Of a stretch of DNA of 64,000 nt, positions 1 through 8,426 are shown piece after piece. The notes under the pieces are model-generated. The model was not told the origin of the DNA. It was given only the letters and a program-made list of their open reading frames with translations, and searched no databases. A program made the translations under genes and the position numbers. The stretch's first letter is position 1, and each line of letters begins with the position of its first letter. Source of the stretch: a virus; the IMG/VR virus record IMGVR_UViG_3300032236_001159, positions 1 to 64,000 of that record; one strand, 5' to 3'.

Positions 1-771
1 GATGTTTTGAGTAATGACAAGGTGCTGATTTTCGTCTCTTGCGATGAGAGAGATAATCTTAGCGGATCCTTCCATAAGTTTGAGTTCACCAAACGCAAAC
101 GAGCAAGCGAATGAGACATAAAACCTGATACCTTCGAGAATGTTGACATTTGCGACCGCACGATAAAGTTTTCTTTTGAGTTCTAATCTTTCCTCTCTTG
201 CAGCACCGGCACCTTCTTGTGCGTGAATCCATAGATTTGAGGATCCATATTGTTGTGCTGAATTAATAAAATCATCATATGTTCCTGTAACAGAAGATGC
301 TCTCTCTAAAATCTCATCATTATTCAAAATAGTATCAAAGACTTCTGATGGATCAGGATAGATATTTTTAATAATGTAAGTATAAGATCTGGAATGAATC
401 ATTTCCATAAATCCCCAAACAGTCATACAAGCTTCTAGTTCAGGAAGAGAACAGTATGGAATAAATGCCATACCTGGGGCACGACCTTGAACACTATCAA
501 GCATAATCTGATACTTCAAGTTTGAAGTATACATATGCTTTTGTTCAGGTCTTAATGTCAAATAGTCAGAACGGTCCTTTTGAAGAGAGATTTCTTCTGG
601 TCTCCAGAAGAAACCAAGTTGCTGCTGTGTGAGTTTATCAAAGACAGGATACTTATAAGAATCATATCTTTGAATTCCTTGTGGTGCTCCAAAAAACATT
701 GGTTGTTTTTTGAAGTCTACTTGTTGGGTATTTAATACAGTCATACCCTTTATTGCATTGGTTTCTTCCAT
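1..771 (-). CDS. nrdB: Ribonucleotide reductase class Ia beta subunit, partial (runs off the left edge)
   Basis: Not in the ORF track. Hand translation from ATG at 771 gives MEETNAIKGMTVLNTQQVDFKKQPMFFG...FFWRPEEISLQKDR...EMIHSRSY...LEGIRFYVSF...IARDENQH, which contains the di-iron motifs. Directly follows nrdA. Confidence 0.95.
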   Translation of the reverse strand, partial: MEETNAIKGMTVLNTQQVDFKKQPMFFGAPQGIQRYDSYKYPVFDKLTQQQLGFFWRPEEISLQKDRSDYLTLRPEQKHMYTSNLKYQIMLDSVQGRAPGMAFIPYCSLPELEACMTVWGFMEMIHSRSYTYIIKNIYPDPSEVFDTILNNDEILERASSVTGTYDDFINSAQQYGSSNLWIHAQEGAGAAREERLELKRKLYRAVANVNILEGIRFYVSFACSFAFGELKLMEGSAKIISLIARDENQHLVITQNI

Positions 772-773
772 AA

Positions 774-3071
774 TCAAATGCTGCAGCTATCGCAATTTTC
801 TTCATCAGAGTTTAGTATGTCCTGCACCAAACTGTCAAGGTTGAATTTTTCCTCCTTGACTTCATCGGATTTACCATCATAGGTATTCTGATAATATGCA
901 GTTTTGTGACCATACTTAAAGCAAGTAAGCATATCTTGTGCCATTACGCTAACAGGAACTTCATTATCGGGATAATTCTCTGGATTATATGACCAGTTTC
1001 CAGAAATTGCTTGATCGAAGAATTTTTGCATAACTGCAACAATATTAATATACCCACGATTGCTAGGCATATCCCAAAGAAGTGTATAATTGTTTTTAAG
1101 AGCTTGATACTGTGGAACAATTTGCTTAAGAGGACCTTTCTTAGACTGTTTGACCGACAAATAACCTCTAGGTGGTTCGATTCCATTAGTTGCGTTAGAG
1201 ACGACTGAACTGCTCTCGGAGGGCATCTGTGCCGATAATGTGGAGTGTCTAAGACCATACAGTTTTATATCTTCTCTAAGTGCTTCCCAATCGTGTTGAA
1301 GAGTTGGTTTTACTAGTTCATCAACATCCTTTTTGTATGTATCAATTGGAAGAATTCCTTGAGAATACTTTGTGTGATGGAAATATTCACAAGCACCTTT
1401 TTCTTTGGCAATCTGATTAGAAGATTTGAGTAAGAAATATTGGAAAGATTCCGAAAGTCCATGAACCGCATCCCATGCTTCTTGGGAATCATACTCGAAA
1501 CCAAGTTTAGCAAGATAATGTGCTAGACCAATAAATCCAATACCAAGAGACCTACGTGCCTTTGTTGATTTTTCGGCAGCAACGACTGGATATTGTTGAT
1601 AATCAATTAGTTCTTCCAATCCACGAACGGCCAAATCACAAAGTTCTTCAAATTCCGAATCATCTTTAACTTTACCAACATTAATTGCAGACAAAATGCA
1701 AAGAGCAATTTCACCATTTGGATCATCAATATGTTGAATTGGTTTAGTTGGAAGTGTTATTTCTTGACAAAGATTTGACATAGAAACCTTACCAAGAAAA
1801 GAACTATGAGAATTACAATGGTCAATATTCATAATATAAACACGACCAGTTTCTGCTCTTTCTTTTAGAAGGTCCAAAAAGAGTTCTTGAGCACCGATAG
1901 TTTTTCTTGGAATAGATGAATCTCGTTCATAACCCACATAAAGGTCGTCAAATCCATCAGTACCAAAAGCATCATAAAGACCAGGAACATCGTGGGGGGA
2001 GAAGAGTGTGATTTCTTCGTTGCGGATAAATCGTTCATAAAAGAGTTTGCTAATTTGAATGGAATAGTCTAACTTACGAACACGATTATCTTCAGTTCCC
2101 TTATTATTTTTCAGAACAATAATGTCTTCTATTTCTTGGTGCCAGATTGGAAAATGGACAGTTGCTGAACCACCTCTGATACCGTTTTGTGTGCAGCTTC
2201 GTACAGTTGCTTCAAACTTTTTGAGGAAGGGAATAACTCCGGTATGTTGTACTTCTCCACCTCTGATTTTAGAATTGATACCACGGATTCTGCCCGCATT
2301 GATACCGATGCCAGCCCTTTGAGCAACATACTTATAGATAGCCAAATCAGAGTGACCGATGCTATCGAGGGTATCATCAGGATCAACAAGAACACAACTT
2401 GCATATTGTCGTAAAGGAGTTCTAACTCCTCCCATAATTGGTGTTGGGATGTTGATTTTGTGTTTTGATATTGCGTCATAGTACCTCTTTACATATGAAA
2501 GACGAGTTTCTTTTGGGTATCGTGAGAACTTGGTTGCAGCAATCATCATATACATGAACTGTGGAGTTTCATATACTTTTCCAGTACTTCTGTCCTGAAC
2601 AAGATACTTATCAACAACTTGACGAAGACCCGCATAAGTGAAGAGATAATCACGATTATGTTTGATATAATCACCAAGACGATTTAATTCTTCTTCCGTA
2701 TAATAAGACAAGATTTCATTATCATATACTTTGGCATCTACACATTTATTAATGTGTTCAAAGAATGTAGGATGATCTTTAATTTTGCCGTAAAGTGATT
2801 TACGAATAGAGAATAAAAGAAGTCTTGCTGCTACAAATTGATAATTTGGATTTTCCAAGTTAATCAAATCCGCAGCAGATTTAATTAAAATTTCTTGAAC
2901 TTCTGCTGTTGAAATTCCATCATAGAATTGAATTCCAGAAGTCATCTCAACTTGAGATGCAGAAACACCTGAAAGGTCTTTACAAGACTCTTCAACCATC
3001 AAATGGAGTTTATTAAGATCCAAACTCTCAACAGACCCGTTTCTCTTAACTACGTTTGTGCCGTTACTCAT
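774..3071 (-). CDS. nrdA: Ribonucleotide reductase class Ia alpha subunit
   Basis: N-terminal ATP cone (VVKRNG), SCVL, SNLCQEI catalytic motif, KTAYY, C-terminal CDSC. Confidence 0.97.
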   Translation of the reverse strand: MSNGTNVVKRNGSVESLDLNKLHLMVEESCKDLSGVSASQVEMTSGIQFYDGISTAEVQEILIKSAADLINLENPNYQFVAARLLLFSIRKSLYGKIKDHPTFFEHINKCVDAKVYDNEILSYYTEEELNRLGDYIKHNRDYLFTYAGLRQVVDKYLVQDRSTGKVYETPQFMYMMIAATKFSRYPKETRLSYVKRYYDAISKHKINIPTPIMGGVRTPLRQYASCVLVDPDDTLDSIGHSDLAIYKYVAQRAGIGINAGRIRGINSKIRGGEVQHTGVIPFLKKFEATVRSCTQNGIRGGSATVHFPIWHQEIEDIIVLKNNKGTEDNRVRKLDYSIQISKLFYERFIRNEEITLFSPHDVPGLYDAFGTDGFDDLYVGYERDSSIPRKTIGAQELFLDLLKERAETGRVYIMNIDHCNSHSSFLGKVSMSNLCQEITLPTKPIQHIDDPNGEIALCILSAINVGKVKDDSEFEELCDLAVRGLEELIDYQQYPVVAAEKSTKARRSLGIGFIGLAHYLAKLGFEYDSQEAWDAVHGLSESFQYFLLKSSNQIAKEKGACEYFHHTKYSQGILPIDTYKKDVDELVKPTLQHDWEALREDIKLYGLRHSTLSAQMPSESSSVVSNATNGIEPPRGYLSVKQSKKGPLKQIVPQYQALKNNYTLLWDMPSNRGYINIVAVMQKFFDQAISGNWSYNPENYPDNEVPVSVMAQDMLTCFKYGHKTAYYQNTYDGKSDEVKEEKFNLDSLVQDILNSDEENCDSCSI

Positions 3072-4072
3072 GCTACTTTTTTCCAGTTGGTAAATTTAAG
3101 TTTTGCTTCTAATCCTTGATAGGTATTTAATTTTAGCATAGATTCCACGTCTTGTCCAGATAATACAATATCATTAATGTCTTTTTCCTTTAAATCTTTT
3201 GGCCAGATCACCACAGGAAATTTCATTTCAATACTTTTCTCCAATCGTGCAACCATCTCTTTATTTCTTTTTTCATTATCATAAACCATAACAAAATTGG
3301 TTTCAAAGTTTGTTATGAAAAACATTTTATCAATATCAGCACCAACCATCGCAATTGAATTTTCAATAAACATACTATCAAATGGACCTTCTACAATATA
3401 AACAGTTTTGTTCCAATCAATTCTGTCTAATCCATAAATTTTTGGTTGATTTTCATCAAGAATAATTGTGATGTATTTTACTTTTGGTTTCTTACTTAAA
3501 CTGCGACCTTGAAATCCAAATATTTCTCCATTGTTAATAAGTGGAATTATGATTCTAGGTTCATCGTATTTTGTAGATTCAAAAGTTTCTTTCTGCTCAT
3601 TCGTCCATTGTTTAAACTTTTCACAATAAAACAATTGACTCAAAAATTTTTGAGGAATTTTTCTGTTTTCTAAATAAATTCTTGCCGAATGTTCTTTATT
3701 TAGTTCTGCGATAGAAGGTAGATCAAATGCCTTTTTTGTGAATTTTGGTTTCTCAAAAGTGAATTTTGGTTCTGGTGTATTGGATCCCTTACCAGTAGAA
3801 CCATTCTTATATCTTTCCATAATATATTGATCATAAAGAGTAGAATCAATATCTTTTAGAAAATTAGTAAAAGATTTGGATACTCCACAATTATGGCATT
3901 TGTAATTATGATCGTTCTTATAACCGTAAATATATCCTCTCGTCTTATTCTTATTCTTTTGCGAATCCCCACAATATACACATCTAAAATTATACAGTCC
4001 AATTTTGACTTGTTTAAATTTTTCTAGTCTTGAAGAGACTAAACCAATGTATTTTTGATCAATAAAATTCAT
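3068..4072 (-). CDS. gp61: DNA primase (T4 gp61-like)
   Basis: Zn finger FRCVYCGDS...CHNCG, FQGR, TOPRIM motif VEGPFDS, YDNE, KDIND. Confidence 0.95.
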   Translation of the reverse strand: MNFIDQKYIGLVSSRLEKFKQVKIGLYNFRCVYCGDSQKNKNKTRGYIYGYKNDHNYKCHNCGVSKSFTNFLKDIDSTLYDQYIMERYKNGSTGKGSNTPEPKFTFEKPKFTKKAFDLPSIAELNKEHSARIYLENRKIPQKFLSQLFYCEKFKQWTNEQKETFESTKYDEPRIIIPLINNGEIFGFQGRSLSKKPKVKYITIILDENQPKIYGLDRIDWNKTVYIVEGPFDSMFIENSIAMVGADIDKMFFITNFETNFVMVYDNEKRNKEMVARLEKSIEMKFPVVIWPKDLKEKDINDIVLSGQDVESMLKLNTYQGLEAKLKFTNWKKVA

Positions 4073-4090
4073 TCACAAAAAGTTCAGGAC

Positions 4091-4549
4091 CTATATGCTA
4101 GCACGAATATTTGGTACGGTCAAACTTTGATTTGTTTTATTTTGTTGCATTCCGGAAGGAGTCCATAATCCAGAAGCAAGAGTTGAAAATGCTGTTGCAA
4201 GTACTACAAGAACTGCACCACATCCAATAGTCATCCATTTAATTTGTGATATATGCTCTACCTGCTCCTCTACTTTATCCAATCTTTCTCCAATATTTTT
4301 ACTAATTGCTTCGTGTTGTTCTTTTGATGATATTTTTACATCTTCTATCATTTTTACAATTATATCATCAGTTTTAATTGCTTGCTCAATTCTTTCATTA
4401 TGAATTGCAAGCATTTGACTAATTCCTTGATTAGTTTCACTAATCTTTTGAATTGCTACATCAATTCTACTCACCATCTGTTCATATACAGATAACCTTT
4501 CTTCTAATACTGCTATCTTTGTATCAGATGATGAGCTTGGGTTGAACAT
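4091..4549 (-). CDS. Hypothetical coiled-coil protein with C-terminal transmembrane helix
   Basis: Heptad-rich N-terminus and hydrophobic WMTIGCGAVLVVLATAFSTLA; tightly packed with neighbours. Confidence 0.75.
   Translation of the reverse strand: MFNPSSSSDTKIAVLEERLSVYEQMVSRIDVAIQKISETNQGISQMLAIHNERIEQAIKTDDIIVKMIEDVKISSKEQHEAISKNIGERLDKVEEQVEHISQIKWMTIGCGAVLVVLATAFSTLASGLWTPSGMQQNKTNQSLTVPNIRASI
4095..4123 (-). promoter_or_regulatory. Sigma70-like promoter upstream of primase
   Basis: Minus strand TTGACC-17 nt-TAGCAT with an extended -10 TG. Confidence 0.55.
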
Positions 4550-4553
4550 TTTT

Positions 4554-4784
4554 CTATTGCGGTGGATTTCGTCTTTCTATTTGGGGTAATTTTTCAAAAA
4601 ATGGATTGCGATTTTTTTCTCTTGAATCAGTTTTTTTATTTTTAAAGACGGGAGGATTATCTGGTGGCAATCCTGCAATTTTTCCACTTGATGCATTATT
4701 CGCAATTGATGAAGTAACCATTCCTCCATCTTCACGAAGATTACGAACAATATTAATTAGTTTTAAAAGAGTTTCTTCTTTCAT
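4554..4784 (-). CDS. Hypothetical protein
   Basis: Fills the gap between neighbours, with stop/start overlap. Confidence 0.65.
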   Translation of the reverse strand: MKEETLLKLINIVRNLREDGGMVTSSIANNASSGKIAGLPPDNPPVFKNKKTDSREKNRNPFFEKLPQIERRNPPQ

Positions 4785-5155
4785 TAGATTGATTTTAAAA
4801 TTTTAAGACATTCAATATCAACCGGTATATCGTGTATTGTTGTCTTTGGATATTCCGGAAGTCTTCCAAGATATAAAACAAAAGTCTTTAATATACTCCA
4901 CAATTCTTTATTTAATTTATAAAATAACAAAGGAGTTGCTGCTTCACCAAATACATTATAAAGAACCATAAAATGATTAATTATTAAATGAATATTCAAT
5001 TCACCTGTATTTTTGTATTTGTTTAGAAGTCGTTTAATCCATTTAAATCTTTTCATATCTTCAAAAAAATCCTCTTGCGTCATTGCTTGAGGATTTTCAT
5101 AATGTTTGATAGCAAAGATTATATAATTTTCTTCGTTCAATTCATCAAACTTCAT
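4784..5155 (-). CDS. Conserved T4-like phage hypothetical protein
   Basis: Pattern FAIKHYENP...EDMKRFKWIKRLL...LIINH...LYNVFG recognised from T4-like marine and freshwater phages. Confidence 0.8.
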   Translation of the reverse strand: MKFDELNEENYIIFAIKHYENPQAMTQEDFFEDMKRFKWIKRLLNKYKNTGELNIHLIINHFMVLYNVFGEAATPLLFYKLNKELWSILKTFVLYLGRLPEYPKTTIHDIPVDIECLKILKSI

Positions 5156-5156
5156 T

Positions 5157-5990
5157 TTATGCAGTTATAGTCAAAGTTGTTGTTCCAATTCCAACTGGTG
5201 TTCCTAAACCATCATTTTTAGTGGAGAGGTAAGAACCTGCTCCGCCGATATTGCGAATAGCATCAGAACTAAATGAACTGGTGACTCCTGCCCCAAAATA
5301 AATATCAGTAATCACACCAACAAATCCTTTACTCATATCAATTGTCAATACTGTTCCAATTCCAGTATTGGGAACAGTAAATGCAAATGCAATTCTATTG
5401 CTAATTTGACCGTTAAAGTTTGTAGTCAATATAGGTCCACCAGCATTAGTGACAGCTCCTACACCGCTAGTAGGATATTGATATGTCCAGTTCGCAACAG
5501 TAACACCAGGAGTTATAGAAGATGCAGTAGCAATAATTGGTGTTCCAGTAGAGCGATTAATAGAAATTGTTGCGCCAGCACCAGCAAATACGATTTCATT
5601 AAAACAAAGATGAACATATCCAGTTCTTCCTGTTCCAATTCCAGTAGTTCCCCCAGATCCAACAGAAATATTTGATGCTCTATTTGGATCTTCAAAGAAC
5701 ACAGCAACTGGCTGAGCAAGTCCTAAACCAGTCAAAGTGCTTCCAAGAGAAACACTATAACCACCAGTTCCGGCAAGTCCAGGCGCAGCAATAGGAACTA
5801 AAACTTCATCATAATAGTGGGTAGAAAGACCAGAATGTTCTTGTGTCTTATAATGTCTTTGAACCCACCCACGAGAATCTGCGAAGACATCGTGTCTGCT
5901 GTTTGCTCTTGCTACTTGAAAAACATACTTAGGTAAATTATACTGATTCGCCGCAGTTTCGGTTGTTGTTGAAATGCCCCAGAGTGCCAT
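5157..5990 (-). CDS. Putative virion structural protein (G/T/S-rich)
   Basis: Likely start is MALWG at 5990, because the longer track ORF runs through a terminator and late promoter. Beta-rich composition; TATAAATA just upstream. Confidence 0.75.
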   Translation of the reverse strand: MALWGISTTTETAANQYNLPKYVFQVARANSRHDVFADSRGWVQRHYKTQEHSGLSTHYYDEVLVPIAAPGLAGTGGYSVSLGSTLTGLGLAQPVAVFFEDPNRASNISVGSGGTTGIGTGRTGYVHLCFNEIVFAGAGATISINRSTGTPIIATASSITPGVTVANWTYQYPTSGVGAVTNAGGPILTTNFNGQISNRIAFAFTVPNTGIGTVLTIDMSKGFVGVITDIYFGAGVTSSFSSDAIRNIGGAGSYLSTKNDGLGTPVGIGTTTLTITA

Positions 5991-6016
5991 TCTTTTTTCC
6001 GTAAGTTTCCTATTTT

Positions 6017-6024
6017 TATTTATA
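6017..6024 (-). promoter_or_regulatory. T4-type late promoter TATAAATA
   Basis: Exact consensus, 26 nt upstream of the ATG at 5990. Confidence 0.75.
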
Positions 6025-6056
6025 AAAAAATGGAGACCCCCAAATCGGTTCTCCAT
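6024..6056 (-). terminator. Rho-independent terminator
   Basis: ATGGAGA...TCTCCAT stem followed by a U7 tract on the minus strand. Confidence 0.7.
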
Positions 6057-6082
6057 TAATACTTAGATATTGAGTTTTTAAA

Positions 6083-6259
6083 CTATTTGGTTTCTTTTGA
6101 CTTTAAGAAATTTTGTGCTTGAATCAAAACAAATGAAAGAATTCCATTTGCCTTAACTCTTGGATCTGCACCAAGAACTTCTGATATTGCCAAAAGAGCA
6201 CCAAAAGCAAGTTTTGTATTTGCAGAACTTAATGCTACTGCTGCGAATGTAGTTAACAT
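6083..6259 (-). CDS. Small 58-aa hydrophobic, membrane-type protein (absent from ORF track)
   Basis: Hand translation MLTTFAAVALSSANTKLAFGALLAISEVLGADPRVKANGILSFVLIQAQNFLKSKETK*; GAGG RBS; AATAAATA at 6289-6296 and 6320-6327; terminator downstream. Confidence 0.7.
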   Translation of the reverse strand: MLTTFAAVALSSANTKLAFGALLAISEVLGADPRVKANGILSFVLIQAQNFLKSKETK

Positions 6260-6329
6260 AATAACCTCTATTTTTTAGTTTCCTATCTTATTTATTACTT
6301 TATAAGTTCTTAAAAAAATTATTTATTCA

Positions 6330-7550
6330 TTATCTACTAATTTCTTCCCAGTCCATAGATGCAAGAATATCAGCATTCATACTTGCAGAAGATACTAAAG
6401 TGAGTTCATAGGGAATTCCAGTTAGTCCATCTCTTTCTAATTGGAATTTAAAAAGTGCTTCTTTGAGAATATCTACAGGAACAGAACTTTGTCGAGATGA
6501 ATTGAAATATCCACTTGCTAAAACTCTTCCACCAGTAACTGTTCCACCATCAATCTTGTATTCGACAGCACTATCAGAACCAGCACTTGCCCAAGTTCCT
6601 CCTGATGTGGTGGCACTTGCCCTGACTTGCCAATTATAGTTTGCGTTATTTGTAACACCAAGCATAGAAACTGCTGTTAAAATTACAATCGCATCTAAAC
6701 GATTTGGAGATGATTTAAGACGAAGTGAAATGACTGGATAATAAGTTCCAGCAGGTAATGGTAAACTAACTGGAGATGTGACTGCGGTTCCAACTGCTTG
6801 CTGTAAACCACGAAGTTCATAACCACCCTCAGATAATACGGTAGAACAAACTTGTTTTAATGTGCTTGCACTAGTGGTCACTCCTGTATTTGTAATCTCA
6901 TATCTCAAAGGCAATGATGCTGTTGTAATATAAGTTGATTGAATTATATTTGCGTGATGGAATGAATGACAATGAATAAATTGTCCATTAATTACAAAAC
7001 CAACTCTAACTGTTCCTAATCCCAACCACTCAATATCAGACCAAAAAATTTGACCTTTGGATGGATCAAGTGTATATCCAGAAGGTCCTGTTCCATCTAA
7101 CTTATCATATAACCAAGATGATTGTGGTGCATGAGTTTCAGATAAAATTCCACTTACAATACTTCTTTCTATAAAATTTAAAGTAGTTCCATCTGCCTCA
7201 AAATAAATTCCATTATCGGCACCAAAGTATCCTACTCTCTGACGAAGATTTGGTTTTGGTGCATTCATTACAAAAGTATTCATTATTTGTAATGATTTTC
7301 CTGGTTGATATGAGAATACTTTTGTTGTTTCTCTTATAACAGATTCACCACTTGTAGTTCCAATTCCAATATTAACTAATCCCTGGGTCGTTACAAATCC
7401 AACAGTTGCAGCAGTCCCTACAATTAAATTCGTCCAAAGATTATTGTCTCTAAATCTATGAGAAGAATCAAAAAGTGTTAATGGATTTGAAGTTCTTAAT
7501 CGTCCAAAGGCATCAAATTGCTCTTGACTTGGTTTATATAAATGAGACAT
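6330..7550 (-). CDS. Hypothetical, probably virion-associated beta-rich protein
   Basis: Start MSHLYK at 7550 via TAATG overlap with the upstream gene; DAFGRLR motif; long clean ORF. Confidence 0.75.
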   Translation of the reverse strand: MSHLYKPSQEQFDAFGRLRTSNPLTLFDSSHRFRDNNLWTNLIVGTAATVGFVTTQGLVNIGIGTTSGESVIRETTKVFSYQPGKSLQIMNTFVMNAPKPNLRQRVGYFGADNGIYFEADGTTLNFIERSIVSGILSETHAPQSSWLYDKLDGTGPSGYTLDPSKGQIFWSDIEWLGLGTVRVGFVINGQFIHCHSFHHANIIQSTYITTASLPLRYEITNTGVTTSASTLKQVCSTVLSEGGYELRGLQQAVGTAVTSPVSLPLPAGTYYPVISLRLKSSPNRLDAIVILTAVSMLGVTNNANYNWQVRASATTSGGTWASAGSDSAVEYKIDGGTVTGGRVLASGYFNSSRQSSVPVDILKEALFKFQLERDGLTGIPYELTLVSSASMNADILASMDWEEISR

Positions 7551-8425
7551 TAAACTACCCTCCAACCGTTTCTATAAACAAAAGTAAGTGAACCATAATC
7601 ATATGCAAGAATTGCTCTATCTCTTCCATCAATTGTATCTGAACCCGATGGAAGGATTGTGATATATCTATTTGTTCCCTTGGATGCTTCTCCAAGTTCA
7701 TCTTTTACTATGTAGGTAGTTCCTGTAATAACATTAGTGGGAAGAGTGATTGTAACTGCTCCGGCATAATTAACTCCAATATAATAATCATTTTCAGTAA
7801 TTGTATATGATGGTGAAGTTATATAAGTCGTTGATGATATAAAAGGTGCTTCACCAGCATATGCACCAATCCATTTTTGGGATGGTAAATCATATCTTAA
7901 AAACTTATGATCTACTTTAACCGAATTTCTATTTACATCGTCAAGAAACTCAAGACGAGTTTCACCACCACCACCTAATGTGGAAAGTTGTTGTTGAATA
8001 CGAGAAAGAAAAGTACTGTAATGGTTTTGTAAATCGTCAAGTGTTACGAACTTTTGATCCAATGGAGTTAATGGATCTTTTTGAACTTTGGTATTAGAAG
8101 GTTCAGCAAGAAGACCTAAGGATCTCTCCATTAATGTTGGTTGTTTTGGTTCTTCAAGTTCTTCTTGAAGTTCCTCTACCACTTCAACAATTTCACTGAT
8201 TACTTCTTCATTAATCGGTTCAATTTCTTTGGAAGATAAGAAATCCTCAAATACTTTGAGTGCTTTGTGTCCTTTTTTGTTTTTTATTTTGCTTTTAGTT
8301 TTAAGAACAGAAACTTCCTCAAAGATGGAATCTAACCCAAAATCACCAACTAAGGATTCAAATTCTTCCTTTTTTCTTTTCTTTTCTTCCGATACTAATT
8401 TAAAAAGTTCCGATAACTCATTCAT
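7550..8425 (-). CDS. Putative fibre or structural protein (N-terminal coiled coil, C-terminal fibre-tip-like domain)
   Basis: GGGGETRLEFLDDV motif, then a domain TITLP...IVKDE...ITILPSGSDTIDG...GWRVV typical of phage fibre proteins. Confidence 0.65.
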   Translation of the reverse strand: MNELSELFKLVSEEKKRKKEEFESLVGDFGLDSIFEEVSVLKTKSKIKNKKGHKALKVFEDFLSSKEIEPINEEVISEIVEVVEELQEELEEPKQPTLMERSLGLLAEPSNTKVQKDPLTPLDQKFVTLDDLQNHYSTFLSRIQQQLSTLGGGGETRLEFLDDVNRNSVKVDHKFLRYDLPSQKWIGAYAGEAPFISSTTYITSPSYTITENDYYIGVNYAGAVTITLPTNVITGTTYIVKDELGEASKGTNRYITILPSGSDTIDGRDRAILAYDYGSLTFVYRNGWRVV

Positions 8426-8426
8426 A

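Noticed and set aside
5991-6056. N-terminal extension of the 299-aa track ORF
   Set aside because: It runs through a terminator hairpin and late promoter; MALWG at 5990 is the more plausible start
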